Assembly: GCA_029098125.1 (NCBI GenBank)
Contig: JAQXNS010000003.1
Location: 2,845-66,844, forward strand
From: a bacterium
Lineage (GTDB): Bacteria; Bacillota_I; Bacilli_A; RFN20; CAG-826
Reading direction: 5' to 3'
DNA length: 64,000 nt
Shown: positions 19,189-25,993 of the stretch, piece by piece
How the letters are laid out: every line of letters begins with the position of its first letter
Numbering within the stretch: position 1 is the first letter of the stretch
The notes under the pieces: model-generated
What the model was told of the DNA's origin: nothing
Databases searched by the model: none
Seen by the model: only the letters and a program-made list of their open reading frames with translations
Position numbers and translations under genes: made by a program

Positions 19189-20406
19189 ATGAAATTTAAA
19201 AGAATATTTTTAATAGTTACTGATAGTGCAGGCATAGGTAATGCTAGAGATGCTGCTAATTTTCATCAAGTAGGTAATCATAGTGATCTTGGTAGCAATA
19301 CATGGAAACATATTGCAGAAAGAATGGAAAATGGAATAAATGTACCAACACTTGAAGCTTTAGGTTTGGGCGATTTAGATGAAATTAATGGTGTAAAAGC
19401 TGGTTTGAATCACAAAAATTCTTATGCTGTTGCTCTAAATGAAGCAAGTAATGGCAAAGACACAATGACTGGTCATTGGGAAATGATGGGAATTCTAACA
19501 ACAAAGCCATTTCAAACTTTTACAGATACAGGCTTTCCAAAAGAATTAATTGATGAACTAGAAAAACGTACTGGTCATAAAATTATTGGCAACAAGAGTG
19601 CAAGTGGAACAGAAATTTTAAAAGAATTAGGCGAAGAATCAATCCGTGACAATTCTTTAATTGTTTATACAAGTAGTGATTCAGTTTTACAAATTTGTGG
19701 CCATGAAAAATATTTAGGTCTAGACAAATTATATGAATATTGTGAAATTGCACGTGAACTTTGTATGAAACCTGAATGGTTTGTTGGAAGAATCATTGCG
19801 AGACCTTATGTTGGTGAAAATAAAAACGAATTTAAGAGAACACCAAATAGACACGACTACACAGTTTCACCAAGTGGTAGAACTGTAATGGAAATTTTGA
19901 AAGAAAAAGGTTATTCAGTTAATTGTGTTGGGAAAATCAACGATATTTTTAACGGAGTAGGTGTTACAAGTACCGTTCATACAGTTTCAAATAGCGATGG
20001 AATGGCAAAAACATTAGATTTGGCTAAGGATTCTAACTTCAAAGAAGGTTTATGCTTTGTAAATTTAGTGGAATTTGACAGTGAATATGGCCATAGAAGA
20101 AATCCTGTTGGTTATGGAAAAGCACTTGAAACATTTGATAAAGAATTAGACGTACTTATCAAGAATTTACGTGAAAATGATTTATTAATGATAACAGCAG
20201 ATCATGGAAACGATCCAACTTGGGCTGGAACAGATCATACACGTGAAAAAGTCCCATTGATTATTTATTCAAAACTTATTAATGATGGTAAAAAATTGGA
20301 AGATAGAAATTCTTTCGCTGATATAGGAGATACAATTCTTAAAAATTTCAACTTAACTAAAGAAGAAGGTATGATCGGCGAAGCAATTGAAGAAGTTATT
20401 AGATAA
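19189..20406 (+). CDS. deoB: Phosphopentomutase
   Basis: MKFKRIFLIVTDSAGIG..., metal-binding TADHGNDPT...HTRE. The ORF-track start 19177 is TTG; the ATG at 19189 follows GGAGAAA. Confidence 0.9.
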   Translation: MKFKRIFLIVTDSAGIGNARDAANFHQVGNHSDLGSNTWKHIAERMENGINVPTLEALGLGDLDEINGVKAGLNHKNSYAVALNEASNGKDTMTGHWEMMGILTTKPFQTFTDTGFPKELIDELEKRTGHKIIGNKSASGTEILKELGEESIRDNSLIVYTSSDSVLQICGHEKYLGLDKLYEYCEIARELCMKPEWFVGRIIARPYVGENKNEFKRTPNRHDYTVSPSGRTVMEILKEKGYSVNCVGKINDIFNGVGVTSTVHTVSNSDGMAKTLDLAKDSNFKEGLCFVNLVEFDSEYGHRRNPVGYGKALETFDKELDVLIKNLRENDLLMITADHGNDPTWAGTDHTREKVPLIIYSKLINDGKKLEDRNSFADIGDTILKNFNLTKEEGMIGEAIEEVIR

Positions 20407-20408
20407 TT

Positions 20409-21365
20409 ATGAGAAATATTTATAGAATTTTAGCACTTTCATGTGCATGTTTTAGTTTTGTGTCATGCGCAAAAAGCAGCAATACAATAAAAACTAGTTT
20501 AATTATACCTAGCGGTGCACCAATTCTTGCTGCTTATAAAATTTTAACAAACTCTGATGCTTTTGATGTTGAAGTAAGATCCGATGCAACAACAATTCCT
20601 GCAGAATTTTTACTTGGAAATGCTAATTTCATCGTTTTTGATTCTATTAATGGTTCTAATATATTAAGTAAACAAGGTGAAAATGCTAAATATGAATATG
20701 TAAAAATGCTAACTGGAGGAAATTTTCATCTTTTAGCTTTTAATAAAGACACAATTGACATAAAAGATGAAGAAGTTGTTTATGGTTTTATGAGTAACTC
20801 AACACCAGGAAAATTATTTAGAGCAATTTATGGGGAAATTGGCTTTGATCAAAATTTTGATGGTGTAAGTGGTGTTAGAGACAGCTTACTTCAAATGAAT
20901 GAAAATTATGAAGTTAATGGTGTAAAAGTGGACTATGCAGTTGTTGCAGAGCCTGTTTCAACAGCAATAAAGTCAAAACTAAGCGCTAAAAACTTAAAAA
21001 TAACTGACATAAATCTTCAAAGTAAATTTAATGAAATCAAAGATGAATGGAAATTAGATTACATTTGTCAAGCTGGTTTGTTTGTAAATAAAGAATTTAA
21101 AAATTCAAATCCTAATGAATATTCAGCATTTATGAATGAAATAAATTCCGGAATTTCAAGTTTATTCACATCATTAGATACAGTAATTGCTACTTTTGAA
21201 GAAAAATTTGATGATGATGAATTATTTACAGCCAAATTTGGCTTTGCTAAAACCTTAGTTAAGGGTGTTCAAGGCGAAAATTCTTCAAAGAATGGCTTTG
21301 GAATAGTTCCAAACAAAGTAGAAATTAGAGTAGAAGACATTACAACTTTCTCATCCTTATTATAA
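20409..21365 (+). CDS. Lipoprotein, probable ABC-transporter substrate-binding protein
   Basis: Signal peptide with a lipobox-like FVS|C (Cys20). Sits 2 nt upstream of a permease gene. Fold assignment is not verifiable by eye. Confidence 0.5.
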   Translation: MRNIYRILALSCACFSFVSCAKSSNTIKTSLIIPSGAPILAAYKILTNSDAFDVEVRSDATTIPAEFLLGNANFIVFDSINGSNILSKQGENAKYEYVKMLTGGNFHLLAFNKDTIDIKDEEVVYGFMSNSTPGKLFRAIYGEIGFDQNFDGVSGVRDSLLQMNENYEVNGVKVDYAVVAEPVSTAIKSKLSAKNLKITDINLQSKFNEIKDEWKLDYICQAGLFVNKEFKNSNPNEYSAFMNEINSGISSLFTSLDTVIATFEEKFDDDELFTAKFGFAKTLVKGVQGENSSKNGFGIVPNKVEIRVEDITTFSSLL

Positions 21366-21367
21366 TA

Positions 21368-22138
21368 ATGAAGATATTTCCTTTTCTTAAAAAATATTCG
21401 AAATATATTTATGAATCATTAGGCGTAATTTTTCTTCTAGTTTTAGTTGAAATTATTGCAATTTTAATAAATGATCCATTGCTTTTTCCTGGAATTGATA
21501 AAATTTTCCTTGGATTAGGTACAATTATGTCAAATAAATCTTTTTATTTGGCTTTTTTTGAGTCTTTTTTAAGAACATTTATTGCTATTTTTTCTTCATT
21601 TATATTGGCTTTTGTTTTGGGGCTGATTGCAGGGTTATTTTCTAAAGTAAAATATTTTTTATCACCTCTTGTAGGTTTATTAAAATTAGCTCCAACGCCT
21701 TGCATCGTTTTTGTTTTATTTCTTGTGTCAAAAGGTGATGCCTACATTACATCACTAGTTATTACATTTTTGGTTGTTTTTCCTATTTTATATCAATCTT
21801 TTGTTAGTGGAATTGAAAATATTGACCCTTATATTAAATCTTCTTTAGTCATTGAAGGATTTTATACAAGAAAAACAATTTTTAATGTCATTGTTCCTCA
21901 AGCTAGCCCATATCTTTTATTAGGAGTGCTAAATTCACTAGCTTTAGGTGTTAAAGTGTCTATTGTTAGTGAAATACTTGTTGGTAGTGATTCAATATGG
22001 GGATTAGGTCGATTAATCTATGTATATAAAATTGATGCAAATTTCGATTTAATGATCGCAATGACGTTAATTATCGTCATTTTCTTTGCGTTTATTGACT
22101 TATTAACTATTGTTTTTAAAAAAATCTTAAAAAAATAA
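21368..22138 (+). CDS. ABC transporter permease (binding-protein-dependent, TauC/SsuC-like)
   Basis: 256 aa with about 6 TM segments and an EAA-like loop IEGFYTRKTIFNVIVPQASPYLLLG. No ATPase gene is adjacent. Confidence 0.6.
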   Translation: MKIFPFLKKYSKYIYESLGVIFLLVLVEIIAILINDPLLFPGIDKIFLGLGTIMSNKSFYLAFFESFLRTFIAIFSSFILAFVLGLIAGLFSKVKYFLSPLVGLLKLAPTPCIVFVLFLVSKGDAYITSLVITFLVVFPILYQSFVSGIENIDPYIKSSLVIEGFYTRKTIFNVIVPQASPYLLLGVLNSLALGVKVSIVSEILVGSDSIWGLGRLIYVYKIDANFDLMIAMTLIIVIFFAFIDLLTIVFKKILKK

Positions 22139-22143
22139 AAAAA

Positions 22144-22189
22144 TTTTTAAAAAAATTAATTTTGACTCCTTTTATTTATGTGAAAGGAG
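22144..22189 (+). promoter_or_regulatory. 46-bp leader, copy A, with SD-sequestering hairpin
   Basis: TTTTTAAAAAAATTAATTTTGACTCCTTTTATTTATGTGAAAGGAG is identical to the reverse complement of 47291-47336. CTCCTTT (22166-22172) can pair with AAAGGAG (22183-22189), which is the SD for ATG 22199. Confidence 0.75.
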
Positions 22190-22198
22190 GTTAAAAGT

Positions 22199-22759
22199 AT
22201 GTCAGATAAAAGTGATAATGAAAAAAGATATTTCATTGTTGAAAAAACAAGCAGCAAACTTGTTGAACAAATGGTATGGACTGAAGAAGCAATTAAAAAA
22301 GAGAACTATAATGAAGATAAACATAATTCCTTCTCTTTGAGAAAAGGTTTTGTTTATAAATATATTAAAAGAATTTCGTCCAACAATCGTATAATTTATG
22401 GTTTTTGTGTTGTTTTAGCTGATTCAGCTAAATATGATTCTCACGTACTAATTTGTCCTATTTATCCATTTATGGATAGTATTAACAAAATCAGTGTAAA
22501 TATTGGAGTAGTGCCACAACTTGATGGCACATGCGAGATAATTGGAAGTTTATGCGAAATAAATTTTGCAAGTAAAACAAGATTCATATTAAATAAAGAA
22601 AATGATATTGAACCTGTTCCTGTTTGTTATCTAAACAAAGATCAATATTTGAAATTACTTTTATCGTACAAAGATTTTATCTGCGCAATTGTTAAGAGCA
22701 ATTCTTCAATTCGCGTGTCTTATAGAAATCAAGATAATGAAATGACTTATACGTGCTAG
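22199..22759 (+). CDS. Hypothetical cytoplasmic protein (186 aa)
   Basis: Strong SD (AAAGGAGG). No motif recognised with confidence. The central region faintly resembles a PemK/MazF-like beta-barrel pattern (...YGFCVVLADS...HVLICPIYPF...). It is the last + strand gene before the strand switch. Confidence 0.55.
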   Translation: MSDKSDNEKRYFIVEKTSSKLVEQMVWTEEAIKKENYNEDKHNSFSLRKGFVYKYIKRISSNNRIIYGFCVVLADSAKYDSHVLICPIYPFMDSINKISVNIGVVPQLDGTCEIIGSLCEINFASKTRFILNKENDIEPVPVCYLNKDQYLKLLLSYKDFICAIVKSNSSIRVSYRNQDNEMTYTC

Positions 22760-22809
22760 ATTATTTTTAATAAACATATACCTTCCAAAAAATATCTATA
22801 ATTGCCAAA

Positions 22810-22875
22810 TTAGTAGGTTTCTAGTAGGTTTCTAGTACATTTCTAGTAGATTTCTAGTAGATTTCTAGTAGGTTT
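22810..22875 (+). repeat. 11-bp CTAGTA tandem-repeat array 2 (6 units)
   Basis: tTAGTAGGTTT CTAGTAGGTTT CTAGTACATTT CTAGTAGATTT CTAGTAGATTT CTAGTAGGTTT. Lies between convergent genes. Confidence 0.97.
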
Positions 22876-22927
22876 TTCAGATTTTCTGATTTAAAATTTG
22901 TTTAACCTACTTTTTTATTTTTTGAAT

Positions 22928-22955
22928 TTTTTACTTAATATATATTATGCGAAGT
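22928..22955. other. Candidate dif (Xer recombination) site
   Basis: TTTTTACTTAATATATATTATGCGAAGT. The right 19 nt (AATATATATTATGCGAAGT) match my recollection of B. subtilis dif (AATATATATTATGTAAACT) at 16/19. The left arm matches poorly. Located at the gene-orientation switch. Confidence 0.3.
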
Positions 22956-22975
22956 AGTTTTGAACATTAAAAAAG

Positions 22976-23596
22976 CTATAAATAGTACTCAACGCACTCT
23001 TTTGTATACTTATTCATCAATGTCGAACTATCTTCTTTTACTTTAGATTTTAGAAATTTCAGGTTTTCATTCAAAACTAAAATAAAACCTTTTTCATAGT
23101 CGTCTAACATAGCATCTATCATAAACTTACTATCGTATCCTCTTCTTGGATCGATTTTATCGCATGCATAGACGATTTTTTGATAAGTGTCCATTTCTCT
23201 ATTTCCGCTACAATGATATTTAACTGCATCAAGTATTTCTTTGTCAAAAATTCCAAAATCTCTCATTAGTATTAATTCGCCTAAAAACTGATGATATGAA
23301 AAATCAGGCATATCAATGTCATTTTTATAATATTTGTCCATTAAATTGTAAGATTTTTCGCTAGAAATATCTTTTGCAATATCGTGAAGCAGTCCAATTT
23401 CATAATATTTTTTAGGATTTGGTAGATTGTTTGCTATTGCCACCCTATATGAAAGCTCCGCTACTGACATTGAGTGCAAAAGTCTTTTTTTGTTAATGTA
23501 TGTAAGCAAAAAGTTGAAGAGTTCTTCTGCTACTTCAACTTGATTTTTGCTAAATTTTATATGTTCAAAGAGAATTTTTTCGTTTAATTTATCCAT
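22976..23596 (-). CDS. yqeK: HD-domain phosphohydrolase YqeK (Ap4A hydrolase family)
   Basis: HSMSVAELS...GLLHDIAKD HD motif. Last gene of a yqeG-yqeH-yhbY-yqeK cluster. Confidence 0.8.
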   Translation of the reverse strand: MDKLNEKILFEHIKFSKNQVEVAEELFNFLLTYINKKRLLHSMSVAELSYRVAIANNLPNPKKYYEIGLLHDIAKDISSEKSYNLMDKYYKNDIDMPDFSYHQFLGELILMRDFGIFDKEILDAVKYHCSGNREMDTYQKIVYACDKIDPRRGYDSKFMIDAMLDDYEKGFILVLNENLKFLKSKVKEDSSTLMNKYTKECVEYYL

Positions 23597-23598
23597 TT

Positions 23599-23910
23599 TT
23601 ATTTAGATAACACAATTCTATTGGAAATTTTATCGTTTGGCTTATATAAAAGGATTGAATTCCCAATTACTTGCACTACTTCACAGTTTAATAAACTAGT
23701 TAAATCAATTATTAATTCATTTTTGCTTTTTTGAGCCGTTGAGCTTTTTAGAAAACAAATTTTAACCAATTCCCTTGTATTAAACGCTTTGTTAATCATT
23801 TCTACAACGTTTTTATAGATTAAATCCTTTCCTACATTTACTTTTAAAATAGATTTTTCGTTTTGTTGAGCGAATCTTTTAATTTCTGCTTTATTTTTAT
23901 TACTTAACAT
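23599..23910 (-). CDS. yhbY: YhbY/YqeI CRM-domain RNA-binding protein
   Basis: 103 aa. The pattern ...KAEIKRFAQQ...ILKVNVGKDLIYKNVVEMINKAFNTRELVKI fits the CRS1/YhbY domain, and the position fits. Confidence 0.7.
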   Translation of the reverse strand: MLSNKNKAEIKRFAQQNEKSILKVNVGKDLIYKNVVEMINKAFNTRELVKICFLKSSTAQKSKNELIIDLTSLLNCEVVQVIGNSILLYKPNDKISNRIVLSK

Positions 23911-23912
23911 AA

Positions 23913-25040
23913 TTACATTTTACTACGTGATGTATACACGTATACTCCTTTTGGTACTGAAATTCTAAATGTTTGAGCACTTCCTTCAATTGTTATCCAT
24001 CCTAAACCAGCAATTCCGATATCTCTTTTACCGATTTGTTCAATTTCTAGATCGTAAATATCAAAATCTTTGAAGGTATTGTGTTTTTTGCTTGAAGGTT
24101 GATATTTATTACGTTCAATTTGCTTTTTGAAATATGTATCATTGTTGTTTTTATGAGTTTTTATATTAACTTTTGAAGAAACATATACATATGCATTCAT
24201 TTTTCCTTTTGAAAGTAACTCGACTTGACATAAACTACCAAATAAAATAGCTGTATTTTTGTTTAAAACAACTTTTTTCGCACTTACAGATTCATTCGGA
24301 ATGATAATATTCTGCATTTGTCTATCGATTTTCGAAAGTATTGAATTATCAATTGATGTTCCTGGTGTCTCATAAATATAGTTTTTATCACTAATTGGAA
24401 TGCTATATCCTATTAATTCAGTGTCTGTAAACTTATGAGTTGTGATTACTTTATTGGTTTTATTTGAGTAATTTTTAATTAAACTTTCAATTAAAGCTGA
24501 TTTACCACTTGTACTCGCCCCTAAAAAATAAACATCTCGATTATTACTATATTTTAAAATCGCATTATACATTTCATGAATGCCATAAGTTTTATTTACT
24601 GTTGATGTTGTAACAACATCTAAAACATTTAATTTAATTTCGTTTAGTTTTTGTTTTACATATTCTTTAATTTTTTCTTCTTTAAGATCAACTGGTAGCA
24701 AATCTCTCTTATTTCCAACCACTAAAATATCTAAACCGTTTAATAATTTGATTATTTTGTTAATAAACGAACCTTCAAAACTAAATAAGTTAACTACGTA
24801 AACGACTAAGGCATTTTTTCTTTTAATTTCTTCTAATACCTTCGTATATTCTTCATCAAATGATGCTTCTTTTGGGCCGTTAGAGAATTTTTCCGTTGAA
24901 AAACAATTGTTGCATAACAAAAATCCTTCAGGATATTTATTAATAATGTTGAAATCGATATATCCTTCTTTTGTCTCATCTTCGCATTGAAGGATAGCTC
25001 CACAATGATAACACCTTTGAATTTTTGATAGTTTGTCCAT
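23913..25040 (-). CDS. yqeH: Ribosome biogenesis GTPase YqeH
   Basis: N-terminal zinc ribbon CYHCGAILQC...CNNC and a circularly permuted GTPase (NKRDL ... GASTSGKS). Confidence 0.85.
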   Translation of the reverse strand: MDKLSKIQRCYHCGAILQCEDETKEGYIDFNIINKYPEGFLLCNNCFSTEKFSNGPKEASFDEEYTKVLEEIKRKNALVVYVVNLFSFEGSFINKIIKLLNGLDILVVGNKRDLLPVDLKEEKIKEYVKQKLNEIKLNVLDVVTTSTVNKTYGIHEMYNAILKYSNNRDVYFLGASTSGKSALIESLIKNYSNKTNKVITTHKFTDTELIGYSIPISDKNYIYETPGTSIDNSILSKIDRQMQNIIIPNESVSAKKVVLNKNTAILFGSLCQVELLSKGKMNAYVYVSSKVNIKTHKNNNDTYFKKQIERNKYQPSSKKHNTFKDFDIYDLEIEQIGKRDIGIAGLGWITIEGSAQTFRISVPKGVYVYTSRSKM

Positions 25041-25561
25041 TATAATTCTCTCCAGCTTTTCATTTTACCTTTCTTTGTTAAATATTTCCTAATGTATTTA
25101 TCGAAAAATTTGTTAATTTTTGTGAAAAATTGATCTTTTGGAACTAAATTCTCGCATAAAATCGTCTTTATTTCTAAACGATTGCCAAACCAAACGTCAG
25201 TAAATACTTGATCGCCAATAATTATTGCGTTATTTTTATCTATTTGATTTTTTTTGATAAAAGACTTTAATTTGAATATTAATGGCTTTCTAGTACTGTA
25301 TAAATAGTCACAATTTAACGATTTTGCGTATTTTGATACTCGTTTTTTAGTGTTATTTGAAATAACAATTAATTTAATACCTTTTTTCTGCACTTTATTT
25401 TTGAAATCAATTGCTTTATCTGATGCAATTTCAGAATAATAAGCATCAAGCGTATTATCTAAATCACAAAAAATATATTTAATTTTATTTTTTACAAAAA
25501 AGTTAACATCAATATCGTAGATGTTTTGTGAGACAGCAAATGGAGTTAATCTTGTAAACAT
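25040..25561 (-). CDS. yqeG: YqeG-family HAD-IIIA phosphatase
   Basis: DLDNTL catalytic motif, ISNN, GDQVFTD. First gene of the yqeG cluster. Confidence 0.8.
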   Translation of the reverse strand: MFTRLTPFAVSQNIYDIDVNFFVKNKIKYIFCDLDNTLDAYYSEIASDKAIDFKNKVQKKGIKLIVISNNTKKRVSKYAKSLNCDYLYSTRKPLIFKLKSFIKKNQIDKNNAIIIGDQVFTDVWFGNRLEIKTILCENLVPKDQFFTKINKFFDKYIRKYLTKKGKMKSWREL

Positions 25562-25640
25562 ATATACATTATAATATATAATTCATTTTATTAAAATATT
25601 TGTAGGTAAAATCAATCTTTACATTTCAAAAAATAAGTCT

Positions 25641-25714
25641 AACTACTAAAAACCTACTAGAAATGTACTAGAAACCTACTAGAAATGTACTAGAAACCTA
25701 CTAAAAAACTACTA
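25641..25714 (-). repeat. 11-bp CTAGTA tandem-repeat array 3 (5 clean plus 2 decayed units, minus orientation)
   Basis: Forward strand reads ...CTACTAA AAACCTACTAG AAATGTACTAG AAACCTACTAG AAATGTACTAG AAACCTACTAA AAAACTACTA. The GG and CA units alternate strictly. Lies in the divergent gap between yqeG and ORF 25763. Confidence 0.97.
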
Positions 25715-25762
25715 TACGCAAAAAATATGTATTTTTTATTCAGTTTAGTTTAATATATAGAT

Positions 25763-25993
25763 ATGAATTTTAAGGAAGCAGATTTTAATGTAAAACTAGC
25801 CAATGTCTTAATGATATTTGGCGGTTTCTTTACTATATTTATACCAATTATAGGTGCTGGTTTTTTTATTGCATCCATTTGTCTAACTTATTCACGAATG
25901 AACACAAAAATGGCACATACTTTTGTGGCTTCATTATTAGGTTTAATTTCTTGTTTAATAATTTTTATTATCTCTATAGTTAATACTCTTTAA
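25763..25993 (+). CDS. Small hypothetical membrane protein (76 aa, 2 TM)
   Basis: Two long hydrophobic segments and no SD. A TAATAT hexamer lies 6 nt upstream of the ATG. The coding status is uncertain. Confidence 0.4.
   Translation: MNFKEADFNVKLANVLMIFGGFFTIFIPIIGAGFFIASICLTYSRMNTKMAHTFVASLLGLISCLIIFIISIVNTL

Noticed and set aside
25763-25993. Small ORF as a double-glycine bacteriocin precursor for the C39 protein (MNFKEADFNVKLANVLMIFGG|FF...)
   Set aside because: The GG lies in the middle of a continuous hydrophobic helix. The leader lacks the conserved acidic residue at position -8. The product would be two TM helices. The gene is 20 kb from the C39 gene. It is more likely a small membrane protein or non-coding.
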